Assembly (NCBI GenBank): GCA_003518365.1
Contig: DOYU01000010.1
Span: 1,938 to 65,937, forward strand
Length of the DNA: 64,000 nucleotides
Source of the DNA: Candidatus Magasanikiibacteriota bacterium
GTDB taxonomy: Bacteria; Patescibacteriota; Patescibacteriia; Magasanikbacterales; UBA922
Reading direction: 5' to 3'
Shown here piece after piece: positions 37,227 to 46,205 of the stretch. How positions within the stretch are numbered: position 1 is the stretch's first letter; each line of letters starts with the position of its first letter. The notes beneath the pieces were generated by a model that searched no databases, had not been told where the DNA came from, and saw nothing but the letters and a program-made list of their open reading frames with translations. The position numbers and the translations under genes are program-made.

Positions 37227-38639
37227 TTATCCTACACTCCCTTCCATCTCAAGCTCAATCAATCGATTCAACTCAAGTGCATATTCAAGTGGTAATGCTT
37301 TTACAATTGGTTCTATAAATCCTGCAACAACAAGTTGCATGGCTTCCTGTTCAGAAAGTCCTCGACTCATGAGATAAAAAATCTCTTCGTCCCCAATTTT
37401 TCCTACGCGTGCTTCATGTGCAATATCAACCTTATCATTGTCGATCTTCATGTATGGATGCGTTTTGGTCACGGATTCTTTATCAATCAAAAGTGCGTCA
37501 CATTCTACAGAAATTTTACTTCTGTCAGCCTGCTTTGTGACTTTCACATAGCCACGATAGGTCGTAATGCCATTGCCTGTGGAAATAGATTTTGCGCGAA
37601 TTGTGGACTTTGTATCAGGAGCAACATGAATCACTTTTGATCCTGTATCTTGATTCTGTCCATCACCAGCAAAGGCAATGCCAAGACTATCCGAACGTGC
37701 ACCTCTGCCACGAAGAATGGATGCAGGATAAAGCATCGTCACACCACTGCCCATATTTCCATTGATCCATTCTATCACGCCATTCTCGTCAACCAACGCA
37801 CGCTTTGTATTCAGGTTGTACGTATTTTTTGACCAATTTTCTATAGAATAATATCTGACTCGCGCATTGGCATGGACAAATATTTCTACACCTCCTGCAT
37901 GGAGTGAATTTTTTGTGTATCGTGGAGCACTACATCCTTCTATATACTGAATTTCGCTTCCTTCGTCTGCAATGATGAGCGTGTGTTCAAATTGTCCGCC
38001 ACTTTCTGCATTCATGCGAAAATAGGCTTGCAGGGGAAGTGTCACTTTGACATTTTTTGGAACATAAATAAATGTTCCACCACTCCATACCGCAGCATGA
38101 AGCATGATAAACTTGTGATCATTGATAGGAATGCATTGCGTCATGAAATATTTCTGAACTAATTCAGGATATTTTTGCACAGCTACATCCATGTTTTCAA
38201 AAATAACACCTTGTTTTTTCAAATCTTCCTGAATGTTATGATAAATAACATCACTATCGTACTGAGCGCCTACTCCAGCGAGTGCTTTCTTTTCTGCTTC
38301 TGGAATACCGAGGCGATCAAATGTTTTTTTGATATCATCGGGAACATCATCCCAACTTGTTGCTTCCTGCGTATCGGGACGAACAAAATACGTGATCTCA
38401 TCAAGATTAAGTTTTGATAAATCCGGTCCCCATGTGGGAATAGCAGTTTCTTTAAAATATGCAAATGCCTGCAAACGCTTTTCAAGCATCCATGCAGGCT
38501 CATTTTTTTGTTTTGAAATTTCACGAACAACCTCCTCTGTCACACCAGGAGTTGCTCGATATTTTGATCGCTCTTCATTTGCAGTGTCGTAGAGTGATCG
38601 ATCGATTGTAATATTTTTGATTGACATGTTTTTACGCAT
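37227..38639 (-). CDS. sufB: Fe-S assembly protein SufB
   Basis: GVGAQYDS, AVWSGGTF.YVP, GQFEHTLII, YIEGCSAP, YLMSRGL, ELNRLIELEMEGSVG. Confidence 0.95.
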   Translation of the reverse strand: MRKNMSIKNITIDRSLYDTANEERSKYRATPGVTEEVVREISKQKNEPAWMLEKRLQAFAYFKETAIPTWGPDLSKLNLDEITYFVRPDTQEATSWDDVPDDIKKTFDRLGIPEAEKKALAGVGAQYDSDVIYHNIQEDLKKQGVIFENMDVAVQKYPELVQKYFMTQCIPINDHKFIMLHAAVWSGGTFIYVPKNVKVTLPLQAYFRMNAESGGQFEHTLIIADEGSEIQYIEGCSAPRYTKNSLHAGGVEIFVHANARVRYYSIENWSKNTYNLNTKRALVDENGVIEWINGNMGSGVTMLYPASILRGRGARSDSLGIAFAGDGQNQDTGSKVIHVAPDTKSTIRAKSISTGNGITTYRGYVKVTKQADRSKISVECDALLIDKESVTKTHPYMKIDNDKVDIAHEARVGKIGDEEIFYLMSRGLSEQEAMQLVVAGFIEPIVKALPLEYALELNRLIELEMEGSVG

Positions 38640-38654
38640 TCAGATATTCCTGAT

Positions 38655-39842
38655 TTATATATTCATTTTTCTCACTTTCACGATAACTCCAGGCAATACG
38701 TTCAAAACCTTTTTAATTTCTTTTTCTGTCGTATCTTTTCCAAGTGTAAAACGAATACTACTTTTCATCCTTGCTTCATCATAGCCACACGCAGTGAGAA
38801 CATGTGAGAGTTCATCACTGTCTGTAGTACATGCTGAGCCAGAGCTTACTGCAATGCCTGCCGCATCAAGATATAAAATAATTGCTTCAGATTCTGCTCC
38901 GAGGAATGAGACGTTCAAGTTATTCACCAAACGTTGGTTTTCAAGTGAAGGCCCGTTCAATGCGACATTCTCAATCTTATCCTGAATACCAGCCCATAAA
39001 TAATTTCGTAACTTTAAAATTTGTTTGTTAGTAGTTAATTGTTTATCGTTAATTTGTAAGACCGCTTCCCCCAATCCAACTATTCCCGCAACATCTTCCG
39101 TCCCAGGCGAATAGCCAAACTCCTGTCCACCACCAAACATGATTGGTTCGATATCAACTTCTCTTCTTTTGAACAACACGCCGGCACTTTTTGGTCCATA
39201 TATTTTTGATCCATTGAAGCTCAGAAGATCAACATGCAACCGCTCAACTGACATATCGAGATATCCCGCAGCCTGACATGCATCGGTATGAAAAAGTGGA
39301 TATATACTCTTGTGTTCTTTTCTATATCGCAATATCATTTTTCCAATTTCAGCAATTGGTTCGATAGTGCCAATTTCATTATTGGCATACATGATAGAAA
39401 CAAGAATCGTATCTGGACGAATTGCCATTTTTACCGCATCGACTGAAACAAATCCATGTTCATCAACAGGAAGGTACGTGATATCAAATCCTTCCTTTTC
39501 TAGCTGTCTCAATGTATTGAGCACAGCATGATGTTCCACTTGTGAAGTAACAATGTGTTTTCCTGTTTCACGATGCGCAAGGGCAGCACCGAGAAGAGCA
39601 ACATTAATAGAATGTGTACCTCCATGTGTGAAGACAATAGTATCAGGCGTTGTATGTACAAACGTTGCAACAGTTTTTCGAGCATGTTCTATCGCACTTT
39701 TTGCAAAGACAGAGCTATCATACAATGCGGAGGGATTTGCAAAGTGCTCTGTCAAAAAAGGTTTCATCGCAGCAAAAACAGCAGCGTCGAGTGGCGTAGC
39801 TGCTGCATGGTCTAGATAGATTGTCCCTTTCTTCATTGTCAT
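38655..39842 (-). CDS. iscS: Cysteine desulfurase, IscS/NifS group I
   Basis: IYLDHAAATP, ANPS, NNEIGT, HTDACQ, SSGSAC, IRFTLG; ATGA overlap with the Rrf2 stop. Confidence 0.85.
   Translation of the reverse strand: MTMKKGTIYLDHAAATPLDAAVFAAMKPFLTEHFANPSALYDSSVFAKSAIEHARKTVATFVHTTPDTIVFTHGGTHSINVALLGAALAHRETGKHIVTSQVEHHAVLNTLRQLEKEGFDITYLPVDEHGFVSVDAVKMAIRPDTILVSIMYANNEIGTIEPIAEIGKMILRYRKEHKSIYPLFHTDACQAAGYLDMSVERLHVDLLSFNGSKIYGPKSAGVLFKRREVDIEPIMFGGGQEFGYSPGTEDVAGIVGLGEAVLQINDKQLTTNKQILKLRNYLWAGIQDKIENVALNGPSLENQRLVNNLNVSFLGAESEAIILYLDAAGIAVSSGSACTTDSDELSHVLTACGYDEARMKSSIRFTLGKDTTEKEIKKVLNVLPGVIVKVRKMNI
39024..39058. repeat. 7-nt tandem array inside iscS
   Basis: tttgtta-gtagtta-attgttt-atcgtta-atttgta, encoding QINDKQLTTNK. 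Confidence 0.6.
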
Positions 39843-40237
39843 GCGGTTAGTCCTGCAATGGGTGTTGCTTTTAGGACAGACACCAACTTTTTTTGTACCC
39901 GTTCCATACCATGTTTGATGGTACACGTATGAATAAGTTTGCATGTTTTTTCATCGATCACACATGGCGCGAAAGTTGGCTTATCGATGGCCTCGATCAC
40001 ATCAAGCAGTGAAATGCGACTATATGGAATTGTCAAAAAATATCCACCCTGAACTCCCTGCTTTGAATCAATCATCTTTGCTTGTTTGAGCTCTCTGGCG
40101 ATGCGTTGCAAGAACAGAAAAGATATGTTACTCTCATCAGAGAATGTCCGAAGGCTGAGCGCCTGATTTTTTTCGAGTGAAGAGAGTCTGTGGAGCAGCT
40201 GAATGGCATAATCAGCTTGTTTTGAAAGTCTTAGCAT
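39839..40237 (-). CDS. Rrf2-family (IscR-like) regulator
   Basis: LSKQADYA, S.QG..GGY.L, three Cys (C-x6-C-x5-C); heads the isc/suf cluster. Confidence 0.88.
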   Translation of the reverse strand: MLRLSKQADYAIQLLHRLSSLEKNQALSLRTFSDESNISFLFLQRIARELKQAKMIDSKQGVQGGYFLTIPYSRISLLDVIEAIDKPTFAPCVIDEKTCKLIHTCTIKHGMERVQKKLVSVLKATPIAGLTA

Positions 40238-40249
40238 AGTGAAAATATT

Positions 40250-40278
40250 GATCTAAAGTAGATCTCTATATTATACCA
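40250..40278 (-). promoter_or_regulatory. Extended -10 and candidate Rrf2 operator
   Basis: Minus-strand TGGTATAAT (40278-40270) followed by inverted repeat GATCTA-N3-TAGATC (40250-40264). Confidence 0.4.
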
Positions 40279-40289
40279 AATGAGTACAT

Positions 40290-40991
40290 ATGTCAACGTC
40301 AATACAGAGTCACATTGTCACACTTTTGTCTAAAAAAGAAGTTGCTCAACATGTCTTTGAACTACGGTTTTCAAAGCCGGATGGTTTTAGCTATACAGCA
40401 GGACAATTTGTCCAATTTTTAATACCAAACGGTGAAAAGACAACACCTCGCTCCTATTCCATTTCTTCGATTCCAACGGAGGCGTATCTTGAATTTTGTA
40501 TCAAATTGCATGAAGGTGGTCTTGCCTCAGAATACATCCGAGCAATGAACGTAGGTTCTTCTCTTTCTTGCAAAGGACCTCTGGGAAGATTTGTAGTAGA
40601 TGTAAATTCACATGACCACTACTTTGTCGCAACAGGTGTAGGGCTTGCCCCTATCATGGGAATGATTCGTTCTCTTATTGAAGAAAAAAACGCCGATCAT
40701 CCCGTACGGTTACTCTTTGGGGTTCGCGAGGAAGAAGATGTATTCTGGATAGACCGACTTGAAGAGCTCAAACAAAAACATAGTCTTTTTGACTATACCA
40801 TCACACTCTCGCAGCCAAAGCCTACTGGCGGATGGCAAGGATTGAGTGGGCGCGTCACAGACCACATTCTCCACCACCTTGGAAAGCATAAATTCTATCT
40901 CTGTGGCAGCGCGGCTATGGTAAAAGATATCAGAACACTCTTGCTTGAAAATGGCATCGACACAAAGGACATACATTTTGAGATCTTTTAG
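40290..40991 (+). CDS. Ferredoxin-NAD(P) reductase-like FAD/NAD oxidoreductase
   Basis: GQF, RSYSISS, G.AS, GPLG.F, ATGVGLAP, YLCGS..MV, HFEIF. Confidence 0.88.
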   Translation: MSTSIQSHIVTLLSKKEVAQHVFELRFSKPDGFSYTAGQFVQFLIPNGEKTTPRSYSISSIPTEAYLEFCIKLHEGGLASEYIRAMNVGSSLSCKGPLGRFVVDVNSHDHYFVATGVGLAPIMGMIRSLIEEKNADHPVRLLFGVREEEDVFWIDRLEELKQKHSLFDYTITLSQPKPTGGWQGLSGRVTDHILHHLGKHKFYLCGSAAMVKDIRTLLLENGIDTKDIHFEIF

Positions 40992-41022
40992 CAATGATCA
41001 GTGATCAATGACTAGTGATCAG
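40992..41022. repeat. 7-nt tandem array downstream of the four-helix-bundle gene
   Basis: caatgat-cagtgat-caatgac-tagtgat-cag. Confidence 0.85.
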
Positions 41023-41378
41023 GTTCGCTTTGATTTCATAGTATCAATCGACTTCCAGAGCATTCTGCCAACTTCATCCATTAGATTCCAGCATCGTTGA
41101 TATTCTAATGCCGAAATATACCCTCGCTTGCAAGAAAAAAAAAGTTGATATTTCAATTCCATGAGCGACCCATATGAGACTTCTAGATGGTACACAAAAG
41201 TGCCACTTTTTGTCCTGGCATATCCTTCTATGATATTTGAGGGAATTGAAATGACCGCTCTACGTATTTGCGATACAATTCCAAATTTTTCCTCAGCAGG
41301 GAAGGATGGCAAAATATCATACACAGCATGTGCCAATTGGTCAGCGCGCTGCATAAGTGGTTTTTGCAATATATCCAT
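41019..41378 (-). CDS. Four helix bundle protein (23S rRNA IVP / Avd-like family)
   Basis: FP.EEKFG..SQIRRA..SI.SNI.EG..R, L..S.GSL.E; AAAGGA SD before the ATG at 41378. Confidence 0.9.
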   Translation of the reverse strand: MDILQKPLMQRADQLAHAVYDILPSFPAEEKFGIVSQIRRAVISIPSNIIEGYARTKSGTFVYHLEVSYGSLMELKYQLFFSCKRGYISALEYQRCWNLMDEVGRMLWKSIDTMKSKRT

Positions 41379-41390
41379 ACATCCTTTAGC

Positions 41391-41425
41391 ATGATTGATC
41401 ACTAATCATTAATCAATGTTCACTA
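41391..41425. repeat. 7-nt tandem array upstream of the four-helix-bundle gene, inverted relative to 40992-41022
   Basis: atgattg-atcacta-atcatta-atcaatg-ttcacta. Confidence 0.85.
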
Positions 41426-42013
41426 AATTGGCAACGTCATATTGATCCCTCGCGCGGCCTGTCCTGCACCCTCTCCTCTTGGCTCAGGATCAAAGTTCAC
41501 GGCAATCGGCATAAGCTCTCCAGTCAGAGTTGCCGTGTACAGCATTTTATTTTTTTTGCCAAACTCGTAAATTTCTTTTGTCACCTTTACATCCTGTTCA
41601 CAATATTTTTTTATTTCATCAATTTTTCCTTCTTCATACCATTTAATAGCAGCAAGCCCGTTTGCACTTTTACTGATCTCAAGTGTTGCTTTGGCAATAT
41701 CATCGAGCTTATATCTGTGACCACATGATTCCTTTATCTTTTCTAAAAGATCTAAATGTGGAATCACATTGATATCACCAGGATAATATTTATCCAAAAT
41801 TGGAGCATCAAATCCTTTACTATTATATCCAATAATCCGTTCTGCACGTTCTAAAATAGGCCACAATTCAGAAAGTTGATGTTCATCAAAAGACCGATAG
41901 CTATCGGTTTCATATTCATACACAGACACGACTGTTACTTTTATATTTGCACGATCCTTGATGTCGCCGTATGTTTCGATGTCGAAGACTACTTCCCTAC
42001 TCATAGATTTCAC
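41423..42013 (-). CDS. RNase H-like (DEDD, RNase_H_2/YprB-like) domain protein
   Basis: VFDIET, IGYN..GFD, H.DL, YCEQDV. Confidence 0.82.
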   Translation of the reverse strand: MKSMSREVVFDIETYGDIKDRANIKVTVVSVYEYETDSYRSFDEHQLSELWPILERAERIIGYNSKGFDAPILDKYYPGDINVIPHLDLLEKIKESCGHRYKLDDIAKATLEISKSANGLAAIKWYEEGKIDEIKKYCEQDVKVTKEIYEFGKKNKMLYTATLTGELMPIAVNFDPEPRGEGAGQAARGINMTLPI

Positions 42014-42062
42014 AGATTATTAAATGATTACACTGAAATATTCTTCAAAAATTCAACGAAAT

Positions 42063-42416
42063 CTATGATACTTTTTTAAATTTGACAGTAAACAACGGCT
42101 CGTATTCATTTTCATACTTATCATTCACACTCACGGTCTCCCCTTTCATGACCATCGTCATGGCGATGTCATTGATCATTTCTTGATCACTGGCAATATC
42201 AATTTTGATATCATCCATCTGTATAAATTCATTTGAAAATTGTGATTTCAATTCTGTTTCTATACTTTTCTTTTTTTCCCGAAGGGTCTTCAAAGATTCT
42301 TCAGCTTCAATGTAGGCTTCGCTTCCTTTGAGTGCTTCCTTGTACGCGTCGCGCAAATCTTTGAGTTTTTTCTTGTTCTCCTGGACACGATTAAAAATTT
42401 CTTGGAGGTCTTGCAT
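42063..42416 (-). CDS. Conserved hypothetical coiled-coil protein
   Basis: 117-aa ORF with C-terminal D.Y.NEYEP.F.VKFKK. Confidence 0.7.
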   Translation of the reverse strand: MQDLQEIFNRVQENKKKLKDLRDAYKEALKGSEAYIEAEESLKTLREKKKSIETELKSQFSNEFIQMDDIKIDIASDQEMINDIAMTMVMKGETVSVNDKYENEYEPLFTVKFKKVS

Positions 42417-42485
42417 AGATGTATACTATATGAAAAACAGCTGGACTATTGTATCATAGCGTGGTAATCAGGACAAATATACGTT

Positions 42486-42980
42486 ATGCAACTTCCAAAA
42501 CGAAAACCAGGCAAATATACCAATCTCCCGAATGATCCCCTCATGACAGGGCATAAGTTTGCTGCGCTGCAAAAAGATCTTGAAAAACTTTTGGCAAAAA
42601 GGCCAAAGGCGGCTTCAGAAGTAGCTCGGCTGGCAGAACTCGGCGACTTTTCAGAAAATGTTGAATATCAGTTGGCAAAAGGAAAATTGCGAGGCATGAA
42701 TAATGCCATATTGAAAATCGAGCGCCAACTTGCTGACGCAGATATCATAGCTCCGCTTGATAACGATGAGGTGCATGTGGGAAGTACCGTCACCGTTCAT
42801 GCAAATGGTACAGAAAAAACCTATACCATTTTAGGATCAACAGAAACAGATCCATCAAAAGGAATTATTTCATACACCTCTCCTATTGGGGAGGCGCTGC
42901 TCGGGAAAAAGAAAGGAGACATTGTGTCCCTCATGATTCAAGGCCACGATGTTTCTTACCGTATTCTCAAGATACACTAA
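42486..42980 (+). CDS. Second GreA/GreB-family factor
   Basis: GDFSENVEY, ISY.SPIGEALLG. Confidence 0.88.
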   Translation: MQLPKRKPGKYTNLPNDPLMTGHKFAALQKDLEKLLAKRPKAASEVARLAELGDFSENVEYQLAKGKLRGMNNAILKIERQLADADIIAPLDNDEVHVGSTVTVHANGTEKTYTILGSTETDPSKGIISYTSPIGEALLGKKKGDIVSLMIQGHDVSYRILKIH

Positions 42981-43972
42981 TCTTCCTTGTAGACTTTTCG
43001 TTTGTACAGAAATCCACTGATGAAGTGTGGAAGATGTCTTGCTGTATACGCAAGCGTGGACGCATGGACAATGACAAGGATCACCCCCACAAATACAATA
43101 ATCCCTAAGGTGACGTTCTCAGCAACACGAAGAAAAAAGTGAATAATGTAAGGATTTGGATCTTCAACAAGTTCTTTTTGAAACATCCAGCGAAGAAACT
43201 GAGCTGGACCAATATATGCTGCGACGAGAAATGCCATGCCCAGGAGGAGCCCGGCGAGGCTTTGCAATGCCCACAAAGCTTTCTTTCTCTTTTTTTTGAG
43301 TACAGAAGGCATGTCTACAACATGCAGACGAAATTGCGCAGTCATAATTTCGTAAAACATCTTCAGTCGTGCAACAAATCCATTCCAAAAACCATATTTT
43401 TTTTCTTTGATAACTTGATTCATCCCTTTGTGCACGGAAAAAGTAAAACCCTTGCCATAGTGAACTGCATAAAAATTGAGGCCGGCTTCAATGCGAAATC
43501 GATGTTTATAAAAATCAGGAACTTTTTTCCACAGATTTCTCGTAAGTGCTCGCTCCCCGCCGAATAATGGAACAAACCACAATATCTGATGCATGTAATA
43601 GATCTTTCTATTTCGCATGCCGATAGACATCTCAGTACTGCCATTCAAGACTGGAAGCAAAATATGATTCAATATGACATGTGACAGCCCTTTTACATCT
43701 GCATCAACAAAAAATATTGTGTCAGCATCCGTTGCCAACACTCCCCTATTCATTGAAAATCCTTTTCCTTTGTTGGTATCATTTTTGATATACGTTACTG
43801 GAAATGTTTGCACAATACTCTCTGTGTCGTCTGTGGAGCCGTCATCAACAACAATAATTTCGGCAAACAAGCCTGACAAGACGAGCGTACTTAAAACAGC
43901 ACCAATGCGCGATGATTCATTGTATGCTGGAACAATGGCTGCTATTTTTTCAGGACTCGTTTGCTGATCCAT
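42977..43972 (-). CDS. Family 2 glycosyltransferase with C-terminal TMs
   Basis: IVPAYNE, VVDDGSTD, N.GKG, DAD. Confidence 0.88.
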   Translation of the reverse strand: MDQQTSPEKIAAIVPAYNESSRIGAVLSTLVLSGLFAEIIVVDDGSTDDTESIVQTFPVTYIKNDTNKGKGFSMNRGVLATDADTIFFVDADVKGLSHVILNHILLPVLNGSTEMSIGMRNRKIYYMHQILWFVPLFGGERALTRNLWKKVPDFYKHRFRIEAGLNFYAVHYGKGFTFSVHKGMNQVIKEKKYGFWNGFVARLKMFYEIMTAQFRLHVVDMPSVLKKKRKKALWALQSLAGLLLGMAFLVAAYIGPAQFLRWMFQKELVEDPNPYIIHFFLRVAENVTLGIIVFVGVILVIVHASTLAYTARHLPHFISGFLYKRKVYKED

Positions 43973-44520
43973 GTTATCACTATATGAGCAAGAATGAGAG
44001 TAATGGCAAGAACACCAAGTGCATATCCTGTCCGTTCAAAAAGTGGTGACCAATTGTGTGTACCCCGCGCCGCTGCCCACCCAATGGCGAGCATAACGCA
44101 CAGCCAAAGCACGGTGCCAATAGCGTCGTAGAGTAAAAACAACCAAAAATTCATTTTCCGAGAAGCAATATAGATGATCGTGAGAATGCGCGTGCCGTAC
44201 AAAAATTTTATGAAGAGCAATACAAAAAAAGGTGTATGCGATTGCAGAGGCACTTCTTCTTGTTTGAGCTCTTCTACTTTCTTTCGGCTTCTTTTCCACT
44301 TCATAAACAGTTTCAAGAGTGCTGTGCCAAAAAGAAACCAGATCAAATCAGAAATAATTGTCCCCAAAAATGCAAGGGAAAAGACTATTCCTAATGACCA
44401 CAATCCCTGACCGGCAAGAAATGCAGCACTCACAATAACCGTTTCACCAAAAAAGAATGCACCTAAAAAAATTGCAGGAAGCTGGTACGTTGTAAGGAGA
44501 CCGAGAATGTCTACGTCCAT
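43942..44520 (-). CDS. DedA-family membrane protein
   Basis: GET....AAFLA, GT..SD..WF..G, KF.YG.R. Confidence 0.8.
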   Translation of the reverse strand: MDVDILGLLTTYQLPAIFLGAFFFGETVIVSAAFLAGQGLWSLGIVFSLAFLGTIISDLIWFLFGTALLKLFMKWKRSRKKVEELKQEEVPLQSHTPFFVLLFIKFLYGTRILTIIYIASRKMNFWLFLLYDAIGTVLWLCVMLAIGWAAARGTHNWSPLFERTGYALGVLAITLILAHIVITWISKRVLKK

Positions 44521-44568
44521 ACTTGCAGGAAATCAAGATTATAAGCATGTTCCAGTACAGCCGCCGTG

Positions 44569-44886
44569 CTACACTTGTTGTGTTGGTGTTGGATTCGTTG
44601 CGGCAGGTTTTTCACCAGAAACCGTATTATGTTTTTCCTTCAAGATTCCTTTTGGCTCTGAAAACACAAAGAGATACAATAATTCTACAATACCAATAGT
44701 ATTCAGCAGGAGAATCGCAACAAACCAGATACTATCCCCGCGTCGCGCTGCCTTCCATAGCGCGAACGCCTTCCATATGAGTGACCATATCGCAACAAGA
44801 ACAAAAAATCCCCAAAGTCCTTGCCCTATTCCTGCAAATCCAAAGGGTCCCATCATTGATGAATTAGACGAAAATGAATTCCACAT
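44569..44886 (-). CDS. Small membrane protein (DUF5652-like)
   Basis: WSLIWKAFALWKAAR.....WF..ILLLNT.GI.EL.Y. Confidence 0.8.
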   Translation of the reverse strand: MWNSFSSNSSMMGPFGFAGIGQGLWGFFVLVAIWSLIWKAFALWKAARRGDSIWFVAILLLNTIGIVELLYLFVFSEPKGILKEKHNTVSGEKPAATNPTPTQQV

Positions 44887-44960
44887 AAAAAATTATTATT
44901 GAATGATGTATCTAGTATATGCCTGTACATGCATGAACACAAGGAACGCGGTGGATAAAT

Positions 44961-45000
44961 ATATGTAAAAAACAGCTCAATATAGCTGTTTTTTACATAT
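44961..45000. terminator. Bidirectional hairpin
   Basis: ATATGTAAAAAACAGCT ... AGCTGTTTTTTACATAT. Confidence 0.6.
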
Positions 45001-45016
45001 TCACACGCAGGGATAC

Positions 45017-45682
45017 TCAGGAGATACTTTCTACTATATTTTCAAAAATTATATCCGCATTAAACAGATCTTGTTCTGTGATACATGTAGATTGCTGAGG
45101 TTCATCATAATTTGTACATTGCACTTCTCTGACAGAAAACTTCAATTCAAGTGGACCACCACCGTACTCAAATTCATACGTATATCGTGTATAGACACTT
45201 CCAGCGGCACCTTCTTCTTCACGAGTAATACAATATGTTTTTCCATTGACAGTTCGAAGCTCCGTAGGATCACTTCTTTCAAGACAAGGAACAAGGGCTT
45301 GCCCGATAGTCAACGTAGGTGGCCAATCAACAGGAGTGATATAAAGACTTCCAAAATCTGCCGGATACATGAAGGAAAGCCCTGTGTCAGTATCAAACTT
45401 GAACAAGAGAAGCGTTTCCTTTTCTGGAGAGTCCTTCACACTGTCAGGACATACGGCAAATGCACACTCTGGACCACTCCGACCAACGTATGTTGTGCCA
45501 TCAGGACAAAGCTTTGCCTCAAGCGTACACGCAACTTGATGATCTGTAGGATCTGTTTGTTCCCCCACTGCCGCTCCGTCATAATATGTTACCCACGCGA
45601 AATACAGTGCTGATGAAAGGACGAGAATGATAATAAGGATAAGCCAAAGGGCGGTATGTTTTGATTGCGATGGGATTTTCAT
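45017..45682 (-). CDS. Membrane-anchored protein with Cys-rich motif
   Basis: N-terminal TM; CT.EAKLCPDG..VGR.GP.C.FA.CP; EGAAGS. Confidence 0.75.
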   Translation of the reverse strand: MKIPSQSKHTALWLILIIILVLSSALYFAWVTYYDGAAVGEQTDPTDHQVACTLEAKLCPDGTTYVGRSGPECAFAVCPDSVKDSPEKETLLLFKFDTDTGLSFMYPADFGSLYITPVDWPPTLTIGQALVPCLERSDPTELRTVNGKTYCITREEEGAAGSVYTRYTYEFEYGGGPLELKFSVREVQCTNYDEPQQSTCITEQDLFNADIIFENIVESIS

Positions 45683-45704
45683 AAGAATAAGTAAATAAAT
45701 AACA

Positions 45705-45869
45705 CTATGCCGAATATACTTTCATACCAATCCAAATCCCTACTAATCCTCCTAAAAACGCACCAATAACAGAAGCAAAAGAAAAGGAATCTGCACCAAA
45801 CCAGACAGGAACATATGTACCAAGTGTAGATCCTACAATCATGCCAAGCATGACAATTTTTTTATCCAT
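45705..45869 (-). CDS. Small Gly-rich membrane protein
   Basis: G..VGST.G.YVP..FG...GG..GIW.G pattern. Confidence 0.6.
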   Translation of the reverse strand: MDKKIVMLGMIVGSTLGTYVPVWFGADSFSFASVIGAFLGGLVGIWIGMKVYSA

Positions 45870-45884
45870 ATATATCACTATAAC

Positions 45885-45913
45885 ACAAAACACAGCATAT
45901 TGCTGTGTTTTGT
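45885..45913 (-). terminator. Displaced original terminator of tRNA-Asn
   Basis: Perfect 13-bp stem ACAAAACACAGCA-tat-TGCTGTGTTTTGT, 3 nt from the left att core. Confidence 0.7.
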
Positions 45914-45917
45914 AGTG

Positions 45918-46028
45918 CTCGCCCTGCTCAACGATTTCCGAACTTTTGACTGGGCAAGCGAATACAAATATCCGACGGTAGTTTTAGACCAAATGAAAGA
46001 AATGCTGGCCAAGTACGCGAATGTATAA
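45918..46028 (+). other. Separated C-terminal coding fragment of the serine recombinase
   Basis: Reads LALLNDFRTFDWASEYKYPTVVLDQMKEMLAKYANV*, in frame with ...HPIW|L of the recombinase when the two GCTCG cores are joined. Confidence 0.75.
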
Positions 46029-46140
46029 CCCGTTCTTGCCCCATGTTTGCCCGTGTGGCGAGCGGTTCGAGCGAAGTAAGAGATTTGTACCAATCTGGAA
46101 ACCAAAAACGATTGTGAACGAATTTTGAGACTTTAAAACG

Positions 46141-46171
46141 ATTTGCTTAACTTCGGAAAAGTTAAGCAAAT
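46141..46171. promoter_or_regulatory. Perfect 13-bp inverted repeat (operator or hairpin)
   Basis: ATTTGCTTAACTT-cggaa-AAGTTAAGCAAAT. Confidence 0.4.
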
Positions 46172-46205
46172 ATGACTCCGCTAGACTTGTTCCGACGGCA
46201 AGCGT

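Noticed and set aside
41019-41378. Diversity-generating retroelement or 23S rRNA intervening sequence suggested by the Avd/IVP-like gene
   Set aside because: No reverse transcriptase, TR/VR pair or rRNA sequence is present in the window.
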